DNA of 64,000 bases from Candidatus Aminicenantes bacterium (GCA_963702005.1 OY969696.1:2720001-2784000), one strand, 5' to 3'; numbered from the stretch's first letter, positions 9,424 to 18,206 are shown. A program made the numbers and translations. The notes: generated from the sequence alone by a model not told the origin.

Positions 9424-10086
9424 GTGAACAAAGAGGAGAACAAACCCTACAAGTCGAAGGGAGGGCGACCCTATCGACACGGGGGATTTTCTATCTCTCT
9501 CAGAGATGAAATCCTCAAGGACAACCCCAGGATCCGGCGTTACCTGGCGGATACCCGTGTCGGCCTGGCCCGGGACATAGCCGGAGGAGAGGATTCGCTC
9601 TCGGAGATGCAGCGCGTGATGATCGACCGGGTTATTTCGAAGCTCGCCGTCTGTCGCCTCATCGAAGCCTACATCGAGAAGTACGGCGCATTCAGACAGG
9701 ATCGCTTCAAGCGGAAGATCCTCGAGCTCGAGCCCTGTCTGGGGAACTCATACCTGGCCTATTCAAACAGCATCGACCGGGCCCTGGTTGCGCTCGGCCT
9801 CTCGAAGAAGGAAGCAGCCCGGGTGATGACGCCGGCCGAGCTGATCCTCGAGGTAGGGAAGGGTAACGCCGGCCCGGGATCCAAGGACAAGGGGCCGGCC
9901 CCCAGTACCCGGCGCCGGGCTCCAGGGAAGGCGAAGGGCAAGAATCCCCAGGGGACGGGAGGGGCGAAGGGCGAGACTGTGGGTCTTGAGGCCGGAGAGA
10001 TCGTCCGTCCTGGGGCATCCAGTGACGAAATCCCGGGAGACAAGAGCGTCTCCGAGGCCCCCGGCCAGGGGGAGGATCAATCATGA
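9424..10086 (+). CDS. Putative terminase small subunit-like protein
   Basis: N-terminal GGRPYRHGGFS resembling the KHG-x-Y/F-S motif of TerS-like proteins; helical core; disordered tail; upstream of TerL. Confidence 0.45.
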   Translation: MNKEENKPYKSKGGRPYRHGGFSISLRDEILKDNPRIRRYLADTRVGLARDIAGGEDSLSEMQRVMIDRVISKLAVCRLIEAYIEKYGAFRQDRFKRKILELEPCLGNSYLAYSNSIDRALVALGLSKKEAARVMTPAELILEVGKGNAGPGSKDKGPAPSTRRRAPGKAKGKNPQGTGGAKGETVGLEAGEIVRPGASSDEIPGDKSVSEAPGQGEDQS

Positions 10087-10129
10087 TTCAAATAAACCTA
10101 GTGAGGCATTCGAGTCCTGGGAGAAAGCG

Positions 10130-10393
10130 ATGACGAATCGCGCAAGGCATAGGCGCCAGGCGCTGCAGAAAAGCGTTAACGCTTCGGATTCCGAGGAGTT
10201 GAGGGTGCAGGCCTTGCAGGGCGGATCCTGTGAGGTTTGCCGGGCGCCTGTCCATGCTTGTAAGGGTCGGCGTCGGCGCTTCTGCTCATCTCATTGTCGG
10301 CTCTTGGCTTGGGCCGTGGACGCCCTGGCAACGGCCCTGCAGCAAGGCAAGGCCGAAGGCCTGAGAGACGGGATCGGGAGATTGACATCATGA
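10130..10393 (+). CDS. Small Zn-finger protein
   Basis: CEVC...RRRRFCSSHC; stop overlaps the next start. Confidence 0.6.
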   Translation: MTNRARHRRQALQKSVNASDSEELRVQALQGGSCEVCRAPVHACKGRRRRFCSSHCRLLAWAVDALATALQQGKAEGLRDGIGRLTS

Positions 10394-10638
10394 GCGAAAT
10401 CTTAGGCAGGCTCCAGAAGAACACGGCGGAGGAATTGAGGATCGCCCTGGAGGTTTCCCGGCCCGGGCATGAATACCTGGACATCCGCGTCTGGAAGTCT
10501 GTCGAGGCCGGGCACAACGGCGCCGAGGATCCGACAGAGCGCGGCTTTTCCCTGGACGTCGAGCGTTTGCCCGAGCTCATCGGAGTCTTGGCAGAGGTCG
10601 AGCGCGGCTTGCAGGCACGGAAGGAAGGCAGCCGATGA
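10390..10638 (+). CDS. PC4/YdbC-like ssDNA-binding protein
   Basis: KNTAEELRIAL...YLDIRVW...PTERGFSL...LPEL pattern. Confidence 0.75.
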   Translation: MSEILGRLQKNTAEELRIALEVSRPGHEYLDIRVWKSVEAGHNGAEDPTERGFSLDVERLPELIGVLAEVERGLQARKEGSR

Positions 10639-11099
10639 TAGAGTTTGTCGTCCCTGGTGAGCCGCAAGCGAAAGGGCGGCCGCGCTTCTTTCCGATTCGG
10701 ACGAAGGCGGGCCGGACTTTCGGTCGGGCCGTGACACCGGATAAGACGCGGAGTTATGAAACCTTCATCAAGGAGCTTTTCGTCATGGCTTATCCGGGGT
10801 TCGTCCCGATGGAGGGGCCATTGTCGATGACGATCGAGGCTTTCCTGGGGATTCCGAAGTCGGCGTCGAAGACGAAACGAGAAGCGATGGAAGGCAGGAC
10901 CATCGTCCCGGAGAAGCGCCCGGATCTGGACAACCTCATGAAGGCGGCGGCGGACGCGCTTCAGGGGCTTGCCTTTCGGAATGATTCGCAGATAGTGGAG
11001 GCGGCTATTCGCAAGCGGTACTCGATCGCCCCCAGGATGAGAATACAGATCGGGACATTTGGCGGGAGAATGGATCAGGAAGGGAGGGCGGGTGTCTAA
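10635..11099 (+). CDS. rusA: RusA-family Holliday junction resolvase
   Basis: VPGEPQAKGRPRF; KRPDLDNLMKAAADAL; NDSQIV. Confidence 0.92.
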   Translation: MIEFVVPGEPQAKGRPRFFPIRTKAGRTFGRAVTPDKTRSYETFIKELFVMAYPGFVPMEGPLSMTIEAFLGIPKSASKTKREAMEGRTIVPEKRPDLDNLMKAAADALQGLAFRNDSQIVEAAIRKRYSIAPRMRIQIGTFGGRMDQEGRAGV

Positions 11100-12584
11100 A
11101 TGAACATTATCCAGGCCATTCAATCTCCCTTAGTTTTCCGCCCGCTCTTCAAAGACCTTGAGACCTGGCACTCTTGGGAGGTTTACCTTCGGGCGCTCTT
11201 CGGCCTTGATATCGAGAGAAAGAAGGACCTCGAGTTATTCCGCAGCTGCACGGGATTAGAAACTCCTGCGGGAAAGGCCGCCCATGAAAGCTTCGTGATC
11301 TGCGGCCGACGCAGCGGGAAGAGTTTCACCTGTGCACTGATCGCCTCGTACCTGGCCGCCTTCAGTGACTGGAGCCCATTTCTGGGTCCAGGGGAGCGGG
11401 GTTGGATCTTCATCATCGCCGTGGACAAGGCGCAGGCGGGGATCATCAAGAGTTATGTCTCCGGGATTTTTCACTCGAATAAAAGCCTCGAGGCGATGAT
11501 CCGGCTGGAGACGAAGGAGACGCTTGAGCTCTCTAACAATGTGAACCTCGGGGTGAAGACGTGCAATTTCCGGACCGTCCGCGGCTACACGGTGCTATGC
11601 GCGATTCTCGAAGAGATGGCCTTCTGGCGGTCGGAGGATACCGGCGCAAATCCGGACAGGGAAGTCCTGGCAGCGATCCGGCCCGCGCTGGCTACGGTGC
11701 CCGATTCCTTTTTGATCGGGATCTCAACACCATACAGCCGGCAGGGCGTGCTCTGGGAGCAATTCCGGGTGAACTGGGGGAAGCCGGGCGGACCCCTGAT
11801 CTGGCGCGCGGGGACCTCGACGATGAATCCGACGATCAGCCGGAAGACGATCGAGACGGCCCTGGCGACCGACCGGACCGCGGCCGCCGCTGAGTGGGAG
11901 GCCGAATGGAGAGAGGACATCTCCACGTTCATGCCGCTCGAGATGGTCGAGGCCGTAGTCGTCCCGGGCCGATATGAGCTGCCGAAGGTCGAAGGCGCCG
12001 ATTACCATGCGTTCTGTGATCCCTCCGGCGGGCGCCAGGACTCGATGACGCTGGCTATCGGCCACAGGGACGCCGTCGGCCATGTCATCCTTGATGTCCT
12101 CCGCGAGGCCCGGCCGCCCTTCACGCCGGGGAGCGTCGTTGCCGAGTTCTCCGACCTGCTCAAGGGATTCGGGATCTGCTCGGCCCGGGCGGATCGGTAT
12201 GCCGGCGAGTGGGTGACGTCAGCCTTCAGAAATCACGGGATCAGCATCGAGGCCTCGGAGTTCACGGCCTCCGAGATCTACGTCAACTTCCTGCCCCTTG
12301 TGGCGAACGGGTCAGTCGAACTCCTGGACATCAAACGCCTAACCGCCCAGTTCACGGGGCTCGAGCGCCGGACCCGGAGCGGAGGCAGGGACCTCGTCGA
12401 CCACTACGCCGGCGGACACGATGACCTGGCCGTGGCCGCGGCCGGCGCCTGCGTGATGGCGGCGAAGAATTCGGGGGCGGCCGGCTATGAAGGCTGCCCG
12501 GCTGAGGATGATGACGATGAGGATGGCGGCGTTCGTATTGCGGGGATTAATGATCTGCGGCGTGAGCTGAGGCGTGGAACCTAG
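11100..12584 (+). CDS. terL: Terminase large subunit
   Basis: Walker A GRRSGKS; Walker B ILEEMAF; ISTP coupling motif; nuclease motifs DPSGG..DS and HDDLAVA. Confidence 0.85.
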   Translation: MNIIQAIQSPLVFRPLFKDLETWHSWEVYLRALFGLDIERKKDLELFRSCTGLETPAGKAAHESFVICGRRSGKSFTCALIASYLAAFSDWSPFLGPGERGWIFIIAVDKAQAGIIKSYVSGIFHSNKSLEAMIRLETKETLELSNNVNLGVKTCNFRTVRGYTVLCAILEEMAFWRSEDTGANPDREVLAAIRPALATVPDSFLIGISTPYSRQGVLWEQFRVNWGKPGGPLIWRAGTSTMNPTISRKTIETALATDRTAAAAEWEAEWREDISTFMPLEMVEAVVVPGRYELPKVEGADYHAFCDPSGGRQDSMTLAIGHRDAVGHVILDVLREARPPFTPGSVVAEFSDLLKGFGICSARADRYAGEWVTSAFRNHGISIEASEFTASEIYVNFLPLVANGSVELLDIKRLTAQFTGLERRTRSGGRDLVDHYAGGHDDLAVAAAGACVMAAKNSGAAGYEGCPAEDDDDEDGGVRIAGINDLRRELRRGT

Positions 12585-12632
12585 CGATGAGGTGCCTCAG
12601 TTTGAATAAAAAATAATCGAGGAGGCAAGACA

Positions 12633-13187
12633 ATGACGGACAAAGAACGGTATCTCAAGATCAAGGACGGTCGAGACAGCCTGGCCTCGAAGCTCTCGGC
12701 TTTTCCCCGGGAGATCGAGACCCTGGGCGCGGAGATCGCACCGTTAGAGGAAGAAGTCCTCAAGCTCGAGATCCTCGGAGATTCGAGCGCGGCGGCGAAG
12801 CGGGCAGAGATCCGGGAGAAGACGGCGCATATCCGGCAACTCGAAAGCGAGCGCGAAGAAGCCAAGCGGCGTCTGGAAGTCTCGGGCAAAGTCCTCGTGG
12901 AGCTCCGGGAAAAGGCCGAAAAAGAACTCTACCCCGGCCAGGCCAAAATGCTCAAGAGGGCGATCGAGGTCTTCCTGGCCAAAATCCAGGAAGCCTTCGC
13001 TGCGGAGATCGAACTTTCGGCCGCAAGAGAGGAAGTGAAGCGGGTCTTCCAGGAGATCGACTCGGGCAACTTCCCGACCGTTTCGTGGAATCCGATCTTC
13101 CTTCGAGGGCCCTGGGACAAGCAGATGAAGGGCGCCGTGGAGTCGATTCTCGCCGAACTGCAGGCAGGTCTTCAAATCCTGAAATAG
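12633..13187 (+). CDS. Coiled-coil hypothetical protein
   Basis: GGAGG RBS; E/K/R/L-rich heptads. Confidence 0.7.
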   Translation: MTDKERYLKIKDGRDSLASKLSAFPREIETLGAEIAPLEEEVLKLEILGDSSAAAKRAEIREKTAHIRQLESEREEAKRRLEVSGKVLVELREKAEKELYPGQAKMLKRAIEVFLAKIQEAFAAEIELSAAREEVKRVFQEIDSGNFPTVSWNPIFLRGPWDKQMKGAVESILAELQAGLQILK

Positions 13188-13196
13188 GAGGCACGC

Positions 13197-13745
13197 ATGA
13201 TCAAGTTAGAAAGAGGAGCTCACGATCGATTCTTCCGAAAAAAGATCATTCGTGAGCGCCAGATCAAGATGCTTAACAAGTACGTGCCGCTGGCAGAACG
13301 GATCTGGTTCAGCTACAATTCCGTTGACGTCGACGACGTCCCGGACCACGTGAACGCCGCAGCGCGCCGGATGATGAATTTCTGCGCCTTCAAGCTCGGG
13401 CTAAAGAAACTCAGCATTGAATGGATCGAAGGTGAGGCGGTCCCGGCAAGGTCCAAGGGGGCGAATAAATTCAAGTATACCCTCCCGGAGCCGCTCCTGG
13501 GGCGCAGCTCTCCCGGATCGGAGACGATCGAGATTCGCTGCGACATGCCCGTCTCGGACATCCTGCACGCGATCTCCCACGAGGCGCATCACGTTTGGTT
13601 CGAGAGGGCCCACGGGAAGACGTATCCCTACACAAGAGAGCGCGAGATGTGGGAGAACACCGCGAACACCTTTGCGCTCCTGGCCCTCCAGGGACTCAAG
13701 GATCAAGATGCGATCGGATCCCGATGCGGCTGGTACGGCGGGTGA
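13197..13745 (+). CDS. HExxH metallopeptidase-like protein (ImmA/IrrE-like)
   Basis: IEIRCDMP...ISHEAHH...E..ANTFA; GGAGG RBS. Confidence 0.62.
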   Translation: MIKLERGAHDRFFRKKIIRERQIKMLNKYVPLAERIWFSYNSVDVDDVPDHVNAAARRMMNFCAFKLGLKKLSIEWIEGEAVPARSKGANKFKYTLPEPLLGRSSPGSETIEIRCDMPVSDILHAISHEAHHVWFERAHGKTYPYTREREMWENTANTFALLALQGLKDQDAIGSRCGWYGG

Positions 13746-13766
13746 GAGAAAAGCTGCCAGAGCGCG

Positions 13767-13955
13767 CTAGCGGCCTCTGACCGCGTTAACCGTCCTGGAC
13801 TTGATGAAGCGGTCTATATCCTCTCGCCGGAATAGGACGCGGCGGTCGAGCTTGATGTAGGGCAGGTACTTCTCTTTTATCCACTTGTCGAGAGTGCTCC
13901 TGCTGATTCTTAGGTATCCCATGAGCTCAATTTTGGTTAAAAGGGACTTTTCCAT
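13767..13955 (-). CDS. Excisionase-like HTH_17 protein
   Basis: LLTKIELMGYLRISRSTLDKWIKEKYLPYIKLDRRVLFRREDI. Confidence 0.85.
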   Translation of the reverse strand: MEKSLLTKIELMGYLRISRSTLDKWIKEKYLPYIKLDRRVLFRREDIDRFIKSRTVNAVRGR

Positions 13956-14001
13956 CCCGGGCAATCATAGCAGGTTCGTCCAAAAAAGTGAATAAAAAAG
14001 C

Positions 14002-14046
14002 TTGACAATCAAGCATAAACGTGTAAAGATAAGCATAGACAAGCAT
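14002..14046 (+). promoter_or_regulatory. Divergent control region with AAGCAT direct repeats
   Basis: TTGACA at 14002; AAGCAT at 14011, 14031 and 14041 (10-bp phasing). Confidence 0.55.
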
Positions 14047-14074
14047 GAGAAAACAGAGAAGGGAATACGATAAA

Positions 14075-14257
14075 ATGGTTAAATTATTCTCTATCAAAGA
14101 GATATGTGATCTGTGCAGCGTCAAAAGATCCACCGTCCTTCAGTGGATTGGCTCGGACCGACTCCGGGCCTTTAAGCTCGGCGGGGGGCGCCTCTGGCGG
14201 ATCCGGGAGCATGATCTTAAGAAATTCATAGACACAAGCGCGCGGGATTCTCGATGA
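14075..14257 (+). CDS. Excisionase-like HTH_17 protein
   Basis: LFSIKEICDLCSVKRSTVLQWIGSDRLRAFKLGGGRLWRI. Confidence 0.85.
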   Translation: MVKLFSIKEICDLCSVKRSTVLQWIGSDRLRAFKLGGGRLWRIREHDLKKFIDTSARDSR

Positions 14258-14421
14258 CAACACTTCTCAATAGGAAGGATACGGCCAAGATGTTCGGCGT
14301 GACGCTGCGGACAGTAGATAACTGGTGTCGGGCGGGGCTTCTTCCGTTTATTGCACTGCCGGGCGGGAAGCGATTTGATCTTCAGGATATAGAACGCTTC
14401 ATCAACGCCAGGAGGCGATAA
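14254..14421 (+). CDS. Excisionase-like HTH_17 protein (55 aa, absent from the ORF track)
   Basis: Manual translation MTTLLNRKDTAKMFGVTLRTVDNWCRAGLLPFIALPGGKRFDLQDIERFINARRR; ATGA overlap with the upstream gene. Confidence 0.82.
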   Translation: MTTLLNRKDTAKMFGVTLRTVDNWCRAGLLPFIALPGGKRFDLQDIERFINARRR

Positions 14422-14763
14422 ATGAGCAAAAAGGTGATGAAACTCCTCGATGCCTCGACGGGACTCATGGAGTGTCGCGTCTGTGGCCGGCAGCATCACG
14501 CCTCACTCCTCGAGGGCGGGCGATATGCCCGCGGATCCTGGAAATGTTCGGACGGCTGCAAGCATTCGGATCTTCGGAAAGTCAAAGTCCGTCTGGCGGG
14601 AGGAGAACTCTCCGAATTTCGGCTCGTGGTCGGCGCGGGGATACCCGTCCTTGAGAACGCCGGCGGCCAAATCTACGGACCCGGAGACATCCGGTTCTCC
14701 GAGATCCTCTTCGTCCCGGCCTGGGCCGAGGACCTGCTCCGCTGGGCAGGATATCAATTCTGA
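14422..14763 (+). CDS. Zn-ribbon hypothetical protein
   Basis: MECRVCG...WKCSDGC; GGAGG RBS. Confidence 0.65.
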   Translation: MSKKVMKLLDASTGLMECRVCGRQHHASLLEGGRYARGSWKCSDGCKHSDLRKVKVRLAGGELSEFRLVVGAGIPVLENAGGQIYGPGDIRFSEILFVPAWAEDLLRWAGYQF

Positions 14764-14776
14764 AAGGGAGGATATC

Positions 14777-15016
14777 ATGAAGACCGAAGTCTGCTTGATT
14801 AAGAAGTCTCAGAAGTCCGCTAAAGGGCCCGTGTCCTTACCTACGCTCATATCCCGCAAAAACGAAAAATGTTATCTCTCGGAATTGGCCAAAATAGCGG
14901 CTGCCCTGGGCGTCACGCTGAAGGATTTTTTCATCGAGAATGGCCGGATAACTTACAAGCACGTGCTGCTCATGTACAAACTTGCCGAAGAACTCAACAT
15001 GAAAACGGGAAGGTGA
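14777..15016 (+). CDS. Small protein with a degenerate XRE-HTH C-terminal signature
   Basis: GGAGG RBS; LAKIAAALGVTLKDFF. Confidence 0.55.
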   Translation: MKTEVCLIKKSQKSAKGPVSLPTLISRKNEKCYLSELAKIAAALGVTLKDFFIENGRITYKHVLLMYKLAEELNMKTGR

Positions 15017-15018
15017 CC

Positions 15019-16146
15019 ATGAGCGCCTCAGCCCACGTCCGAGTTCCCGGCCTGGGCCGTATCTATCGGGTCGGCCGGATCTGGTATGTGGATTACTGGG
15101 TTGATGGCTGCCGCAAGCGCGAGCGCGCGAGCGGGGACAAGGAAATGGCCCTCAGTATCCTGGCCGCGAAACGAACGGACGTCGAACGCGGAGAGCTCGG
15201 CTTCGAGAAAAAGCAGATCCTTCACTTCGCTTCCTTCGCCGAGGAGTACAAGAAGATTAAGGCAGGTTCGAGGTCCATCTGTAGCATCCGGGGATATATC
15301 AAGCACCTTCTTCGATTCTTCGGAGATCTCCAGCTCTCGAAGATCACGCCGGAGATGATCGAGGGATATAAGCAAAAACGGCTCAAACAGAAAGTCCGCG
15401 GCCAGGACCTCAAGCGGACGATGAAGGGCTCGAGCATTAACCGGGAGCTGGCAACCCTCAAGAACATTTTCAGCGTCGCGTTGAAACAGAAGCGATATCG
15501 TGGAGATAACCCGGTCAGGCAGGTGTCCTACTTTCCCGAACAGAATCGCGATTATGTCCTCAGCAAGGAAGAGATCGGGCGCCTCCTCGAAGCAGCCGGC
15601 GGGACCCTGCGGAAGATTGTCTTGATCGCGCTGAATACAGGACTCAGGAAGGGCGAGATCCTGTCCCTGAGATGGAACCAGGTCAATTTTGAGGAAGGTA
15701 TTATCTCTTTCGCTAGAACCAAGAGTGCCAAGTATTTCCGGGTCCCCATGAATCAGGTCGTACGGGATATTCTTGCCGGGGTCGAGAAGAAAAGCGATCA
15801 TGTCTTTCCGGGTCGTGGAAGTCGGGGGTATCTCTTCGACTGTAAGAAGCAGTTCGAAGCCGCCCGGGAAAAGGCCGGCCTGCCGGAGTTGCGGTTTCAT
15901 GATCTCCGGCACTGCGCCGGCACGTACATGGCCGCGGCCGGCATCCCTTTGACCACAGTCCAGCAGATCCTCGGACATCAGGACATTCGGACGACCATTC
16001 GATATATCAACCCGAATGATGAAGGGCGTAGAAAAGCCGTCAACGCCCTGGCAGCTCTCTTCGTAGATCCCGGGCAGGGGAGTGGCACAAATATGACACA
16101 GGAAGAAATCCGGGAGCCCGCAACGATAGAGATATCAACCAATTAG
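15019..16146 (+). CDS. int: Tyrosine recombinase (phage integrase)
   Basis: TGLRKGE, RTKS, FHDLRH, LGHQDIRTTIRY; stop 14 nt before the att core. Confidence 0.96.
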   Translation: MSASAHVRVPGLGRIYRVGRIWYVDYWVDGCRKRERASGDKEMALSILAAKRTDVERGELGFEKKQILHFASFAEEYKKIKAGSRSICSIRGYIKHLLRFFGDLQLSKITPEMIEGYKQKRLKQKVRGQDLKRTMKGSSINRELATLKNIFSVALKQKRYRGDNPVRQVSYFPEQNRDYVLSKEEIGRLLEAAGGTLRKIVLIALNTGLRKGEILSLRWNQVNFEEGIISFARTKSAKYFRVPMNQVVRDILAGVEKKSDHVFPGRGSRGYLFDCKKQFEAAREKAGLPELRFHDLRHCAGTYMAAAGIPLTTVQQILGHQDIRTTIRYINPNDEGRRKAVNALAALFVDPGQGSGTNMTQEEIREPATIEISTN

Positions 16147-16160
16147 GGCGGGGCACTCCG

Positions 16161-16220
16161 TGACTACGAATCAGAAGGTCGCAAGTTCGAATCTTGCCGG
16201 GCGCGTTTCTAAATTCCCCC
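16161..16220 (+). repeat. att core copy 2 (junction of elements 1 and 2)
   Basis: Identical to 3247-3306. Confidence 0.95.
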
Positions 16221-16383
16221 TGTAACTTCTGTAAATCAAGGGCTTAGCATGATTCGGGGCGGGGAAAGGCTTTAAATCATCTTCAGCCGTTTTATGCCTT
16301 TTTCAGCCAAAAAGCGGAAAGAAAGCGGAAAGCGTTTTTGAAACTACAATCGGAATTGTAGGGAAACGTCCCCCGGCGGAATT

Positions 16384-17013
16384 CTATTTCACCTTGATGA
16401 TGAAATTGACACTCGCGTTCTTGGGCCGGGTCTCTTCTCCCGCGTTAACCCACGACTTGGTGTTGTACCTTGTCGCGCCCATGATGTTCGCATTGACCGA
16501 GGTAGACATCTTATAATACCAGGAACCAACATCATAGGCCCAAAAACCTGTTCCGCTAGCGGCCGCACTCGCGACTTGAGTGTGTTCGTACTGATGGCTG
16601 TGCGGAGTCTGAGCATGCGTATGGTTTTGCATCATATCCTCTTGGACCGACCCGACGCCCGTCGCGCTCCCACCGGGATTGGAGGGCTTGCGCTTCTTCA
16701 CATCGGGATCCCGGCCCGTTCCTGCGTCATCACCTCGAAGGAACCTCCCCCTGAGGTCGGGCAGATTGAATTTGTCGCCAGCGCTTCCCCATGACGTTCC
16801 GATGGCCGTGAAGAGCTCCGTATAGACCGATTTGCTCAGCGCCTTGCCGTTGCACAGCATCCAGTTCGCGGGAATGGAACTCGATGCGCCGCCCCAAGCT
16901 ATGATGGTGCCTACGGGCAGCGAATTATCTGTCGCCCTTGTCGGGGCCATGATGCCCACGGCGCCCGCAGCCGACAATATTGATAAAACGCCGGCCAATA
17001 CTAGGTTCTTCAT
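16384..17013 (-). CDS. Phage tail-collar/fibre-tip domain protein with N-terminal signal-peptide-like segment (copy A)
   Basis: PVGTIIAWGG..PANWMLCNG..FNLPDLRGRFLRG; HTH..HSH; ETRPKN..VNFIIK. Confidence 0.88.
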   Translation of the reverse strand: MKNLVLAGVLSILSAAGAVGIMAPTRATDNSLPVGTIIAWGGASSSIPANWMLCNGKALSKSVYTELFTAIGTSWGSAGDKFNLPDLRGRFLRGDDAGTGRDPDVKKRKPSNPGGSATGVGSVQEDMMQNHTHAQTPHSHQYEHTQVASAAASGTGFWAYDVGSWYYKMSTSVNANIMGATRYNTKSWVNAGEETRPKNASVNFIIKVK

Positions 17014-17123
17014 GCTATCCCTCCAAATAAAAAATTGATAAGCCGGACAAGGATTCCCTTTTCAACCGCGCCCGGCCGCAATCTGCCATTCAGGTCGATT
17101 TCTCATCTTGCTACTTGGGACAA

Positions 17124-17151
17124 AGATAAATCCCTGTTCTGGATATGTCAA
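17124..17151 (-). promoter_or_regulatory. Sigma70-type promoter of copy A (duplicated near 17973-18001 for copy B)
   Basis: Minus strand TTGACA-N17-TATCTT in both duplicated upstream regions. Confidence 0.6.
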
Positions 17152-17232
17152 GAACGGTGGGATGATAAGTCGGGACGGGTCGGCGGCCGCCGGGGGGAGT
17201 TCGATGAGGCCGGGGAAGGCCCGGACCTGGAG

Positions 17233-17862
17233 CTATTTGACCTTGATGATGAAATTCACGGCCGCGTTTTTCGGGCGCGTTTCTTCTCCCGCGTTGACTT
17301 GCGACTTGGTGTTATATCTTATCGCGCCTAATATGTCCGCCTTCTCCCCCATGGTTAATTGCCCCGTGAATTGGTTTTCCATAACAGATACTCCTGATCC
17401 GGTATCAGCGATGTTAATCGGCGTATTATAAAAGTCATAGTAATGTTGATGGGGATTCTGGTCATGCGTATGGTTTTGCAGCGAATCCTCCTGGACGGAG
17501 CCGACGCCTGTCGCGCTGCCGCCGGGATTGGATGGCTTCCGCTTTTTCACATCGGGATCCCTGCCCGTTCCTGCGTCATCACCCCGAAGGAACCTCCCCC
17601 TAAAATCGGGCAGATTGAATTTATCTCCCGCGCTTCCCCAAGACGTCCCGATGGCCGTAAAGAGCTCTTTATAGACCGCTTTGCTCAGCGACTTGCCGTT
17701 GCACAGCATCCAGTTTGCCGGAACGGAGCTTGATACGCCGCCCCAGGCGATGATGGTCCCCACGGGCAGCGAATCGCCGGTCGCCCTCGCCGGAGCCATG
17801 ATGCCCACGGTCCCCACAACCGACAACGTTGATAAAACGCCGGCCAATACTAAGTTCTTCAT
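17233..17862 (-). CDS. Phage tail-collar/fibre-tip domain protein with signal-peptide-like segment (copy B)
   Basis: Paralogue of 16384-17013 at 849-bp offset; same length, different tip segment. Confidence 0.88.
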   Translation of the reverse strand: MKNLVLAGVLSTLSVVGTVGIMAPARATGDSLPVGTIIAWGGVSSSVPANWMLCNGKSLSKAVYKELFTAIGTSWGSAGDKFNLPDFRGRFLRGDDAGTGRDPDVKKRKPSNPGGSATGVGSVQEDSLQNHTHDQNPHQHYYDFYNTPINIADTGSGVSVMENQFTGQLTMGEKADILGAIRYNTKSQVNAGEETRPKNAAVNFIIKVK

Positions 17863-18146
17863 AGCTATCCCTCCTTATAAAAACAGGATAAGCCGGATGA
17901 GGATTCCCTTTTCAACCACGCCCGCCCGCAATCCGTAATTCAAGTCGATTCCCTATCTTGCTACTTGGGACAAAGATAAATCCCTTTTCTGGATATGTCA
18001 AGGATGGTGGGATGATAGGTAGGGACGGCTGGGCGGTCGCGAAATTAAGCGAATACATGATAGAAACCGGAAAGAAAGCGGAAAGCCTCGTAATCCACCG
18101 TCCCGTAACCGACTATAAATCAAACCTTTAGAGAGGGTAAGGCGCG

Positions 18147-18194
18147 GACTACGAATCAGAAGGTCGCAAGTTCGAATCTTGCCGGGCGCGTTTC
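18147..18194 (+). repeat. att core copy 3 (48 bp)
   Basis: GACTACGAATCAG...GGGCGCGTTTC identical to 3248-3295. Confidence 0.93.
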
Positions 18195-18206
18195 CTGATT
18201 CAGCCG

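Larger units (their letters stand above)
16161..18194. mobile_element. Integrase-less mini-element 2 (~2 kb)
   Basis: Bounded by att copies 2 and 3; its own 11-bp arm repeats GAAAGCGGAAA at 16310-16331 and 18063-18084. Confidence 0.8.

Noticed and set aside
16384-17862. Diversity-generating retroelement or shufflon behind the variable tips
   Set aside because: No reverse transcriptase or invertase; differences are not adenine-specific; both copies are full genes in direct orientation.
16161-18194. Extra tRNA-Arg genes at 16161 and 18147
   Set aside because: Only the 3' half is present, with no acceptor 5' strand or D arm; these are att duplications.
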